A stretch of DNA of 64,000 nucleotides from Candidatus Eiseniibacteriota bacterium (lineage in GTDB: Bacteria; Eisenbacteria; RBG-16-71-46; CAZAMP01). The notes under the pieces were generated by a model, which was not told the DNA's origin, did not search any database, and saw only the letters and a program-made list of their open reading frames with translations. Every line of letters begins with the position of its first letter. Position 1 is the first letter of the stretch. The translations under genes were made by a program, and so were the position numbers. Location: the NCBI GenBank assembly GCA_965224245.1, contig OZ245046.1, positions 1,056,001-1,120,000 of the forward strand. The letters are read 5' to 3'. This document shows, one piece after another, positions 50,808 to 60,246 of the stretch.

Positions 50808-51620
50808 ATGCACACGCGATCGATCGAGAGCTGGGAGCACGATCACGCTTTCGGTCAGGATCGGGTGCGACCCGGCGAACGGCGCACGATGATCGTGATC
50901 GCCATCACCGCCACGACCATGGCGGTCGAGGTCGTCGCTGGCATCCTGTTCGGATCCATGGCACTGCTGGCCGATGGTCTGCACATTGGGCTCGCACGCG
51001 GTCGCCCTCGGCCTGAGCGCGTTCGCCTACGTGTACGCACGGCGCCGCGCGCACGACGAGCGGTTCAGCTTGAGGACGGGAAAGGTCAACGCGCTCGCCG
51101 GGTTCACCGGCGCGATCCTGCTGGTGGGGTTTGCGCTGGTTGCCCCACGGATGAAGATCGCCAGGCTCACGAGGACCACGATCTGCGGTCCGCCTACCTG
51201 CACGTACTGGCCGATGCGCTGACGTCGCTGACGGCCATCTTCGCGCTCGTCGCAGGCAAGTACCTGGGGCTCGACTGGCTGGATCCTCTGATGGGGATCG
51301 TCGGCGCGCTTCTGGTCGCGAAGTGGTCGCGAGGGTTGATCCGGCAGACCCGCCGCGTGCTGCTCGACAGGCAAGCCGCCCCCCGCATCCGGGAGGCGAT
51401 CCGGAGCGGCATCGAGGACGCGACCGACGACCGCATCACCGATCTCCACGTGTGGTCGATCGGACCGGGAATCCACGCGGCCGAGATCTCCCTGGTCACG
51501 CCGAGCCCCGCGCCGCCCGACGCGTACAAGGCACGGCTGCCCGGGGGACTCGGTTTGGTTCACGTGACCGTCGAGATTCACCGCTGCACCGATCCGGTCG
51601 AAGCCGGTGGGCGGCCGTGA
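50808..51620 (+). pseudogene. CDF family (DmeF-like) Co/Ni/Zn efflux transporter, frameshifted and internally deleted
   Basis: SMALLADGLH continues in another frame as GSHAVALG...GKVNALAGF after an extra T at 50986-50987; returns near 51140 to HDLRSAYLHVLADALTS...DLHVWSIG; central TM helices missing. Confidence 0.85.
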
Positions 51621-51811
51621 GCGGCGCGCCCCCGGTACTTCCACTAACCTTTTGTTGGTAGGAACGTTGTGCTGCCCGGGGTCGGTATCGGCTGCTCGGC
51701 CGACCTGGCCCGGCTCGCCTCCGACCCGAACGCCGCGTGCGTTCGAGCACGATCCTGGTGTTGCTCTGGCGACAACCGACCGATCACGTCCGATCAACTC
51801 GGAGGCCCGTC

Positions 51812-54800
51812 ATGGCGCATTCGCCCGCCGGCACGCCCGTTCTTCCGTCTCCTTCGCGCGTCGCGGCCATGGCCACCGCCTTGCTCGCGCTCACCGGTGC
51901 GGCCCATGCGCACCTGTCCATCATTCGCCAGGGCTACGAGAGCGCGGAGATCTCGGAGTCCAGCGATCAGCACGGATTTGCCGTGGCGGCCGGTGATTTC
52001 AACGGCGACGGATACGACGACCTCGCGATGGGCGCCCCCCAGGAGGACGGTCCCGCGGGCGCCAACTCCGGCGTCGTGTGCGTGAACTGGGGCTCGGAGT
52101 ACGGCATCACGCACGAGGGCGCAATCGTGTACGACGCCGACGACATGGGGGGGGCCGCCAGCGCCGGGGCGAACCTCGGCTTCGCGCTCGCGTCGGAAGA
52201 TCTGGACGGAGACGGGTTCGACGATCTGATCGTCGGCGCACCCTTCGAGACGGTGAACGGAGCGGCCGGCGCGGGCGCCGTCTACGTCATGACGGGAAGC
52301 ACGCTCGGGCTCGTGCCCTGGCTGCGGATCGACCAGTCCGACCTCGGCGGCACGGCCGAGACGGGCGACTGGTTCGGGTTCTCGCTGGACACGGGGTATC
52401 TCGACGACGACGCGTACCCCGATCTGCTGATGGGTGCCCCCGGCGAGGATACGGCCCGGGGAACCGTGTGGTTTCTCTTCGGAACGAGCACCGGTCCATA
52501 CGGAAGCGCGAACCACATCAATCCCACATACGGCGGCTACTCCACCGGGAGCGGCGATTTCTACGGCTACTCGGTGGCCGCCGGGAACTTCATGGGCGGC
52601 GCAGAAGACGACATCATCGTCGGGGCCCCACACTTTCCCCAGGCCAGTGCGCCGAGCGACCTCGGTGCGGTCTTCGTGACGCCCGGATCCGCGGGCGGCC
52701 CCGATCGGGCGGCGACGCGCCGGTACTTCGCCAACGGCGGGCAGGCCGGCGCCGAGTTCGGACGCTCGGTGGCGGTCGGACACCTCCTCTCGAGCGCGTA
52801 CGACGCGGTCGCGGTGGGCGAGCCGCTCCACGACAAGGGCGGGATCGTGGACGCGGGGCGGGTGACGGTGTATCCGGGCTGGTCGGGTGGTCTCAACACC
52901 GATGCCGCACTTCCGCTGTACAGCTCGGTGGCCGGCGGGGTCGACGAGGCGAGCGACGGATTCGGTCAGGTGCTGGCCGTGGACTACTTCTGGGACGCGA
53001 GCGACGGCTACCAGGACCTCGTCATCGGAACGCCCGGCGAGGGGTTCGGCACGCCCGACGCGTATGGTCAGGTGCAGATCCTCAACGGTGGTCCCTCCGG
53101 GCCCATCGGCGCCTACGGCTGGTTCGGGTTCAACCAGGGGACGCTCAACGAGACGCCCGAGCCGCTCGACGTTCTGGGAGCGTCGATCGCCTTCGGTCGC
53201 TTCGACGGCACCGACCTGGTGAACCTCGCCGTCGGCGCGCCCGGCGAGGACGCATTCGGCGGCATGGTGCACGTGATCGCGCCGTGGCGCCAGGTGTTCA
53301 ACCTGTCGTGCGACAACTCCATCGTCCTCGACTGCGACGAGAACATCTACTTCTCACAGAAGCCCTTCGAGCGGGTTCGGATCGCGTCGACCACGAAGAT
53401 CATGACCGTGCTGATCGCGGTGCAGGCGGTGGAGTGGTATGACGAGCTGTCCTACGACGACGTCTACACCGTTCCGGCGTGGGTGGCCGACCAGATTCCC
53501 GGCTCGCAGGTTCCTCTCTTCGAGGGCGAGACGATCACGCTCCGGGATCTCATGTACACGTGCCTGATGCTCTCGGGAAACGACGCCGCGTTCGCGATCG
53601 CGGACATGATCCAGGGGGGCGAGGGCCCCGACGTGTCGGTGCCGCTGTTCGTGGCCCGCATGAACGCGATCGCGAGCATCCTGAACATGGACGACACGCA
53701 CTTCCACAACCCGGCGGGACTCGACGAGGAGCCCGTGGGCCCGGACCTGGGCGAACACTACTCCACGCCCCAGGACATGGCCAAGCTCAGCGCATATGCG
53801 ATGACGTTCGACACGTTCCACACGATCGCCGGCACCACGGCGTGGCCCATGGTCCGGCACTTTCCGGCCTTCGACATCGCGTGGACGGTCAACAACATCT
53901 TCGCCGGCGTGCTGATGAACAACATCGAGCCGCTCGTCGGCATCAAGGGCGGCTACACGACGCTCGCCCAGAACACCGGCTGCTTCGCGGGCGAGACGCC
54001 CCTCGGCGCGCGATCCATCGCGGGCACGTATCACACGCCCGACGCGCTGAGCGACAACTATGGCCCCGATGCGGGTGCGCTCGTGCAGCTCGGGCTCGGG
54101 TCGTGCGGGTTTTCGTTCGAGCTACCCGACGAGTGGTCGTATACGGACAGCCCGATCAACATCGGTCGCGTGTCGTCGGGTGTGGGGAGTCGTCGCGGAT
54201 TCTCCTCGGGCATCCCGCGAGAGTTCCATGGCGACATGGCGTACTCGGTTTACCGGACCTCTTGGGACACGGGGCTGCCGTCCTCGTTCGAGGCGTGGAT
54301 CACGCACGTGGCCGAGCTTCGGGGCCGGGCCTCGTATGAGCTCGGCGCGAGCCACCACGACGGACACGGCCCGATCAAGATCACGAACGTCGGCGACGCC
54401 ACCGCCTCGGTACAGGTGTGGCAGCCGATCGACGTCACGACCGTGGACCTCGAGCCGGGGGAGACGGCCCTGGTGCCCGAGTACCTCGGGCGATGGGCGC
54501 TCGGCTTCCCGGTGCGATTCACGTCGAACGGCGGCGAGAGCCCGATCGACCTCGACGTGGAGATCCCCTGGCGCCATCTCGTGACGGCGCCGGAGGCGCC
54601 GACGTCCGATCCCGTGTACCAGACGACGCTCATGCGGGAGAGCGACATCCGGGATCAGGTGGAGATCCGGACCGAGGGGATGGATCCGGCACCCGACTTC
54701 CACTCCATCGTCGGTCACGTGGAAGGGGTGCTGCTCGAGGCTCCGGATCCGGCGGGGACCGAGCCGCCGGCCGCCATCACGCTTCGCGCACCGACGCCGA

Positions 54801-55063
54801 ACCCGTTCCGCGCGGCGGCCCGGATCTCGTTCGACCTCTCCCGCGCGGGAGAGGTCGGTGTCGAGATCTACGACGTGTCGGGTCGCCTCGTACGCACGTT
54901 CGCGCCCCAGCGCATGGCGCCCGGAGGCTGGGGTCTCCGGTGGGACGGCCGCGACGACGGCGGCGCCGAGGCGGCCAGCGGCGCCTACTTCTACCACGTC
55001 GTCGTCGACGGTGAGGTCGCGGCCACCGGCAAGCTCACCCGCATCGTCGACGCGGCGGGGTGA
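51812..55063 (+). CDS. Fusion: integrin-alpha FG-GAP propeller, S11 D-Ala-D-Ala carboxypeptidase, FlgD-Ig C-terminal domain (paralog 2)
   Basis: GGAGG RBS; FG-GAP repeats; IASTTKIMT, SGNDAA, FHNPAGLD, IKGGYT; PNPF...GAYFY. Confidence 0.85.
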   Translation: MAHSPAGTPVLPSPSRVAAMATALLALTGAAHAHLSIIRQGYESAEISESSDQHGFAVAAGDFNGDGYDDLAMGAPQEDGPAGANSGVVCVNWGSEYGITHEGAIVYDADDMGGAASAGANLGFALASEDLDGDGFDDLIVGAPFETVNGAAGAGAVYVMTGSTLGLVPWLRIDQSDLGGTAETGDWFGFSLDTGYLDDDAYPDLLMGAPGEDTARGTVWFLFGTSTGPYGSANHINPTYGGYSTGSGDFYGYSVAAGNFMGGAEDDIIVGAPHFPQASAPSDLGAVFVTPGSAGGPDRAATRRYFANGGQAGAEFGRSVAVGHLLSSAYDAVAVGEPLHDKGGIVDAGRVTVYPGWSGGLNTDAALPLYSSVAGGVDEASDGFGQVLAVDYFWDASDGYQDLVIGTPGEGFGTPDAYGQVQILNGGPSGPIGAYGWFGFNQGTLNETPEPLDVLGASIAFGRFDGTDLVNLAVGAPGEDAFGGMVHVIAPWRQVFNLSCDNSIVLDCDENIYFSQKPFERVRIASTTKIMTVLIAVQAVEWYDELSYDDVYTVPAWVADQIPGSQVPLFEGETITLRDLMYTCLMLSGNDAAFAIADMIQGGEGPDVSVPLFVARMNAIASILNMDDTHFHNPAGLDEEPVGPDLGEHYSTPQDMAKLSAYAMTFDTFHTIAGTTAWPMVRHFPAFDIAWTVNNIFAGVLMNNIEPLVGIKGGYTTLAQNTGCFAGETPLGARSIAGTYHTPDALSDNYGPDAGALVQLGLGSCGFSFELPDEWSYTDSPINIGRVSSGVGSRRGFSSGIPREFHGDMAYSVYRTSWDTGLPSSFEAWITHVAELRGRASYELGASHHDGHGPIKITNVGDATASVQVWQPIDVTTVDLEPGETALVPEYLGRWALGFPVRFTSNGGESPIDLDVEIPWRHLVTAPEAPTSDPVYQTTLMRESDIRDQVEIRTEGMDPAPDFHSIVGHVEGVLLEAPDPAGTEPPAAITLRAPTPNPFRAAARISFDLSRAGEVGVEIYDVSGRLVRTFAPQRMAPGGWGLRWDGRDDGGAEAASGAYFYHVVVDGEVAATGKLTRIVDAAG

Positions 55064-55179
55064 CCGCGGTCCCGGTGACCCCGATCGGGCGTTTCGCACG
55101 ATCGTCTTGCAGGTTTCTCCCTCCGATTTCGAATGGTCGAGGACCACGACCATTTCGACGCGAAGGAGGACCCGACGCG

Positions 55180-55659
55180 ATGACCACGACGATCCGCGAC
55201 CAGATCGCGCGCGACGAGATCGCGCGCGATGACATGTCGATCGACTGTCCAGAGCTGTGGCCGCCTCTCGAATCGCGACGTCCGACGCTGCTCTACTCCG
55301 GTACCTGACGGTTCTGTCGATGGGCGGCGCGGGTCGTCGCCAGGATCGATCGAAGCCGCCGGGTGAGCCTGTTGCCGCTGGCCGATCCCGAGGCCGGGCG
55401 ACTCCTGGCCGACGTTCCCGAGGATCGACGCCTCGGGTCCTGGTGGCTCGTCTCGTCCGATGGCAGGCCCGTCCCGGGAGATCGAGGGGGTGGCATCGCC
55501 CTCCTGACGGCGCTGGGGCCCACGCACCGTCTGGGACGCGTGCTCGGCGCGCTCGGCCTGTCGGCCACCGTGGACGCTCTGGATCGCTGGCTGTCCGTCA
55601 CCCGCGGACGCCTCGGCCGGTTCGTCCCGGACGGTCCGGCGCCTCGCTGCTTTCCCTAG
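55180..55659 (+). CDS. DCC/DUF393-family thiol-disulfide oxidoreductase; candidate selenoprotein (in-frame TGA 55306-55308 as Sec43, UxxC)
   Basis: AAGGAGGA RBS; LLYSGT-[TGA]-RFCRWAARVVARID...LLPL continues in frame to TAG at 55659; TGA sits at the first Cys of the DCC CxxC motif; SECIS-like hairpin follows. Confidence 0.7.
55317..55349 (+). promoter_or_regulatory. Putative bacterial SECIS element
   Basis: TCGAT-G-GGCGGCG-[CGGGT]-CGTCGCC-AGG-ATCGA; apical loop begins 21 nt after UGA with G at loop position 2. Confidence 0.55.
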
Positions 55660-55739
55660 GCGGGGGCGGTCCCGCCGGGCGGCACCTCGGGCCGACCCTG
55701 GCGGATGCCGACCGGGCGATCGAGGTGTAGAATGTCCGG

Positions 55740-57791
55740 ATGACCCGAGATGCACGCGCCCACACTCGGTCTTGCGGACCCGTCCGAGGCTCGCGACGCG
55801 GGCGCTGGCGGGCGCTCAGCCTCGTGCTGGTTCACGTCGTGGCGGGGCTCCATGTGCTCCACTGGTGGCGCACCGGCCGGACGATCACCCCGGTCGAGCC
55901 CAGCGAGGCCATGCAGACGCTGGGCGAGGGGCTGGTCAACGCCGGCTTCGTCCTCTTCGTCGTGCTCATCCTGGGTACGATGATCTTCGGCCGGTTCTTC
56001 TGCGGCTGGGCCTGTCACATCGTCGCCCTCCAGGATCTCTGCACGACGCTTCTCCGGAAGCTCCGGATCGAGCCGAGGCCGTTTCGCTCGCGCCTTCTCG
56101 TGTACGTCCCCCTGGCGGCGGCCGTCTACATGTTCGTCGCCCCGACGGTCGTGCGGCTGTGGCTCGGGCAGTCGTTCCCGGGACTCCGCGCGCACTTCGA
56201 GACCGACGACTTCTGGGCACGCTTTCCGGACTGGCCGATCGCCGTGCTGACGTTCGTGGTGTGTGGGTTCGTGGCCGTGTGGGTGCTCGGGAACAAGGGG
56301 TTCTGCACCTACGCGTGTCCGTACGGTGGCATCTTCGGGCTGGCCGATCGGGCCGCGCCGGGCCGCATTCGCGTGACCGATGCCTGTGACGGCTGCGCGC
56401 ACTGCACGGTGAGCTGCACCTCCAACGTTCGCGTCCACGAGGAGGTGCGAACCTGGGGCATGGTGGTCGATCCGGGCTGCATGAAGTGCACGGACTGCAT
56501 CAGCGTCTGTCCGATGGGCGCGCTCCACTACGGCTTCGGCGCACCCGGCCACAAGCGCCGGACGGATGCTCCTCCCGTGCGGCCTCGATACGACTTCACC
56601 TGGCCTCAGGAGATCGCGATGGCGGCGATCTTCCTGGTGTCGATCGTCACGTTCCTGGCGCTCTACGACGCGGTGCCGCTTCTGATGGCGCTCGGTCTGG
56701 CCGCGATCACCACGCACGTCGTGATGACCCTGGCTCGTCTCCGGACGGATCGGAACGTGACGTTCGCGCGTCATCGCCTGCGGACCGCCGGGCGCATGCA
56801 GCGCCGTGGGTGGGTGTTCGCGGTGCTCGCGGTCGTGTGGACGCTCTTCACGCTCCACAGCGCGGCCGTGCAGGCGAACGCGCTGGCCGGACAGCGGGCG
56901 GTGGCGGCGGCGCGAAAGGCACCGGCGGCACCGGTGGACGCGCTGGAACACGGCCGGCGACTCCTCGAGCGTGCCCGCTCGTGGGGTCTGTTCGAATCCC
57001 CACAGCTCGACGTTCGCCTGGCGGCGGTCAACGCGCAGCTCGGCGACGTCGGCGCCGCCGAGGCACTCTACCGGCGGGCGCTCGCGCACGAGCCCGATCT
57101 TCCGGAGGCCCACCACGCGCTGGCCCGGATCGCGCGAGAGCGCGGCGATCTTCCGGGGGCCCTGAAGCACCTCGAGGCCGTGGTGAACGAGGAGCCCGAG
57201 TTTCCGAGCGGTCACAACGATCTCGCCGAGGTGCTCCTGGATCTGGATCGCAGTGGGGATGCCGTCGCGGCGATGGAGGTGCTCGTGGCGCGGCGGCCGC
57301 ACCATCTTCCGTTCAGGGTGACGCTGGCGGTGGTGACCGCGCACGACGGACGGGTGGACGAGGCGCTCGCGCAGCTGCGCGCGATCGCCGAGGCACATCC
57401 CGAGGACGCGTCGTCGCGGCTCATGTACGGCCTCATCCTCGCCTCCGAGGGTCGGCTGGAGGACGCGCTGGCGTCGGTGCGCGCGTCGCTGCGTGTGGAT
57501 CCGGAGAACGCCGAGGCGCACTACACGTGCGCGCGGCTCCTGATCCAGCTCCGCCGCACCGACGAGCTGGCGACACATCTGGAGGAGGCGTGCCGGCTGG
57601 ATCCGTTCCAGCCCACGTACGCCACGGCGTGGGCGGCACTGATGGCGCGCTCCGGCCGGGCCGATGCACTCGTGGCTGCGTTGCGGGCCCGGGCGGCGGG
57701 CGATCGAGCCGCACGCTTCCGGCTGCTCCACCTCCATCGCGCGCTCGGCCACGAGGCGGATGCGGGGGCGCTGGCGCGGGAGTTCGAGTGA
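55740..57791 (+). CDS. Membrane 4Fe-4S-binding protein (NapH/MauN/YccM-like polyferredoxin) fused to C-terminal TPRs
   Basis: GRFFCGWAC, FCTYACPYG, CDGCAHCTVSC, CMKCTDCISVCP; multiple TM helices; TPR tail. Confidence 0.85.
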   Translation: MTRDARAHTRSCGPVRGSRRGRWRALSLVLVHVVAGLHVLHWWRTGRTITPVEPSEAMQTLGEGLVNAGFVLFVVLILGTMIFGRFFCGWACHIVALQDLCTTLLRKLRIEPRPFRSRLLVYVPLAAAVYMFVAPTVVRLWLGQSFPGLRAHFETDDFWARFPDWPIAVLTFVVCGFVAVWVLGNKGFCTYACPYGGIFGLADRAAPGRIRVTDACDGCAHCTVSCTSNVRVHEEVRTWGMVVDPGCMKCTDCISVCPMGALHYGFGAPGHKRRTDAPPVRPRYDFTWPQEIAMAAIFLVSIVTFLALYDAVPLLMALGLAAITTHVVMTLARLRTDRNVTFARHRLRTAGRMQRRGWVFAVLAVVWTLFTLHSAAVQANALAGQRAVAAARKAPAAPVDALEHGRRLLERARSWGLFESPQLDVRLAAVNAQLGDVGAAEALYRRALAHEPDLPEAHHALARIARERGDLPGALKHLEAVVNEEPEFPSGHNDLAEVLLDLDRSGDAVAAMEVLVARRPHHLPFRVTLAVVTAHDGRVDEALAQLRAIAEAHPEDASSRLMYGLILASEGRLEDALASVRASLRVDPENAEAHYTCARLLIQLRRTDELATHLEEACRLDPFQPTYATAWAALMARSGRADALVAALRARAAGDRAARFRLLHLHRALGHEADAGALAREFE

Positions 57792-57915
57792 GCGTGCGCC
57801 ACGCTCGCCGCGAGCCGCCGTGTGCGACCGTGTTCCGGTGGTACAATCGACGTCGTTCGGTGGCTCACGCGACGGCGCGTCGTGACGTCTGATCAAACTC
57901 GAACGATCCGGGACG

Positions 57916-58605
57916 ATGCAAATGAGATCGATGCACGCCTTCGGTATCGCGATGCTGCTCGGCGGAAGCGCCGGTGCAGAGAAGATCCCGGTGGACGACG
58001 GCGCCTCCCTCGACGGAGGCGGGCTCTGCGACGGGTGGTACGACGTCGTACTCCGCGGTGACGGTGCGGGCATCCCCGACTGCGATCCCGACGGGATCAT
58101 GCTCGGTCCGCTGGTTCTCGACGGGTACTATCTGATCACCGGCGTGCTTCTCGAGGTGGACATCGACCACACATGGGTGGGGGATCTCCGGCTCCAGCTC
58201 TTCTTCGACGAGGACTGCGACGGGACGCCGGAGGTGGGGCCGATGGCCGCGCTCTGCCGTCCCGGCCTGGCCGGCTGCGACGCGGACGGATGCTGCGGAT
58301 GCTCGGGCAACCTCGTCGGGATCTATCACTTCGTCGAGCCCCGGACGGGTATCGATCCGCTCGGAGAGCCGGTCTGTCCGGGCGACTTCCCGCCGGGGTG
58401 CTACGCCGAGGCACCCGATACCGAGGTTTCCTTCGGCGCTATGGATAGCGGCAGCTACTTCGGGGGGTGCTTCACGCTGTTCGCAGCGGACGGTGCCTGT
58501 GCGGACACGGGCACCATTCACGAGTGGGCGGTGCACGTCGAGCTACAGCACTACGTGCCGGCGCGCCCGACCACGTGGTCGAGGCTGAAGTCGCGCTACC
58601 GCTGA
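57916..58605 (+). CDS. Secreted Cys-rich P-domain-like protein with C-terminal VPARPTTWSRLKSRYR tail
   Basis: Signal peptide; IPDCDPDG, VDIDHTWVGDLRLQL, DTGTIHEWAV. Paralog of 6042-6668. Confidence 0.75.
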   Translation: MQMRSMHAFGIAMLLGGSAGAEKIPVDDGASLDGGGLCDGWYDVVLRGDGAGIPDCDPDGIMLGPLVLDGYYLITGVLLEVDIDHTWVGDLRLQLFFDEDCDGTPEVGPMAALCRPGLAGCDADGCCGCSGNLVGIYHFVEPRTGIDPLGEPVCPGDFPPGCYAEAPDTEVSFGAMDSGSYFGGCFTLFAADGACADTGTIHEWAVHVELQHYVPARPTTWSRLKSRYR

Positions 58606-58615
58606 CGGGATGACG

Positions 58616-58804
58616 TCAGTCCGTCCGAGTGCGGATCTCGCTGTCGGAATCAGTGGCCGCGATCGCCCTTGGGGGTTCCTGGTCGTCGCGGGTCCGGCAC
58701 GCGGACCCCGGCGAGGCTCAGGTCGGCACCCCGAGCCGGGGGAAGACGATCGTCTGGAGCAGGATCCAGCCACCGATGAGGCCGATCGCCAGCAAGATGT
58801 CCAT
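58616..58804 (-). CDS. Small membrane protein; candidate selenoprotein (28 aa, in-frame TGA 58720-58718, then 33 aa)
   Basis: GGGGAGG RBS; MDILLAIGLIGGWILLQTIVFPRLGVPT-[TGA]-ASPGSACRTRDD...RTD*; SECIS-like hairpin; read-through stop lies 10 bp from the convergent gene. Confidence 0.55.
58686..58714 (-). promoter_or_regulatory. Putative bacterial SECIS element
   Basis: Minus strand TCGC-CG-GGGTCCG-[CGTGC]-CGGACCC-GCGA; perfect 7-bp upper stem; loop begins 16 nt after UGA with GU at loop positions 2-3. Confidence 0.5.
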
Positions 58805-58999
58805 GTCAGAGCCTCCCCTCGGGGGCCGAAACGACTGGTGAGCGTCGACGCAGAGATAGGATGGAGGAAAGCGGCCGGAAGTTTCAATCGTTCGTGCTCG
58901 AGATCGATCACAGGCGCCCCGATGTTCGACACGCCCGATCCAGGGACAGGTCTCCGCGTGGCGCGGGGTCCGAGCCGCGGACGTCAGATGCGGCGGCGG

Positions 59000-59989
59000 T
59001 CAGCGCGACGACGGATGCGTGGCGCCGGCGATCAGACGCAGGGATTCCTCGATCTCGGACTCCGGCGCACCGCCGAAGTCGTGCCACAGGAGTGCTTCGG
59101 TCACGCCGAGCTCGGCGAGACGGTCGAGGCTGGCGGCGAACGTCTGTCGCGCGCCGATGAACCCGCGGCCGCCCCGGGCGGTCTCGGTCACGACCTCCTC
59201 GCCATGGGGCGGTTGTCTCCGGGCCGCGGCCATCCGGTCGAAACCGCGGGTGGCACGCGCCATCGCCTCGGCGTCGGTCGCGGCGACGCACGTGAACAGG
59301 GCCGCTCCTACCTCGGCCCGATCGGCGCTCCGGCCGCCGGCCTCGAGTCCTGTGCGGTGGGCGGCGGTCATCGACGCGATCGCCTCGTGGTTGCCGAGGT
59401 CCGGTGTGGTCAACACGAGGATCGGATCGCCATCCTCACCGGCCGCGCGCGCGGCCTCGGCCGAGCCCACCGCACGCCAGATCGGCGGCATCGGCTCCTG
59501 CACCGGCGATACGCGGCTGATCAGGTCTCCGTACGATCGGTGTCGGCCGTCGATCGTGCCACCGGTGCCGCTCCACGCGTGTCGGAGCATCCCGAGTGCC
59601 TCGTCGAAGCGAGATCGCTTCTCGTCGAACGGGATGCCCAGTGCCTGGAACTCGACGGGGGAGATGCCCGAGCCCACGCCGAGATCCAGCCGTCCACCGG
59701 AGAGGCGATCGACGAGCGCGTACTCCTCGGCGAGGAGCAGGGGATCTCGAAACGGCAGGACGGCCACGGCGACGCCGAGGCGCAGGCGCCGGGTCCGTTG
59801 CGCGGCGGCCGCGAGGAACACCGCCGGGCTCGGCATGCGGCTCACCGCGCGCCCGTGATGCTCGGCGATCCAGAACCCGTGGTAGCCGAGCGCCTCGGCG
59901 AGCACGGCACGACGCAGCGCTGTCTCGTAGACGTCCCGGTCCGGCCCGGGGGAGAGCTCCGGCATCAGCGAGAAGATCGATTGCCTCAA
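59000..59989 (-). CDS. LLM-class (luciferase-like) flavin-dependent oxidoreductase
   Basis: AEALGYHGFWIAEHH, T.RLRLG.AV, LAEEYALVDRLSGGRLDLGVGSG, PVQEPMPPIW. Confidence 0.9.
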   Translation of the reverse strand: MRQSIFSLMPELSPGPDRDVYETALRRAVLAEALGYHGFWIAEHHGRAVSRMPSPAVFLAAAAQRTRRLRLGVAVAVLPFRDPLLLAEEYALVDRLSGGRLDLGVGSGISPVEFQALGIPFDEKRSRFDEALGMLRHAWSGTGGTIDGRHRSYGDLISRVSPVQEPMPPIWRAVGSAEAARAAGEDGDPILVLTTPDLGNHEAIASMTAAHRTGLEAGGRSADRAEVGAALFTCVAATDAEAMARATRGFDRMAAARRQPPHGEEVVTETARGGRGFIGARQTFAASLDRLAELGVTEALLWHDFGGAPESEIEESLRLIAGATHPSSR

Positions 59990-60246
59990 TGTCCACGATA
60001 CCCCTGTGAGACGTCGGCGGACGAGCCCAAGTCATCCTCGACCACCCGATACGGGGAATGTCCGCATGAGGATGCGCCCTTTTGCGGGATCGTCGGTGCC
60101 GTCCCGGCTCGCGCGATACTCACCGGCCGCCTGTGATCCGTCTCACGAGCCACGTATACTCGATCTCGCGCACCGGGCGGGACACCGGATCACGATATCG
60201 AGCTCGCGCGCCCGTCGCAACGGATCCGCGATCGAGGGGAAGCGAC

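Noticed and set aside
55203-55232. 15-bp near-perfect tandem duplication (GATCGCGCGCGA(C/T)GA twice)
   Set aside because: Short in-frame duplication (IARDE/IARDD) in an N-terminal extension; no evident function.
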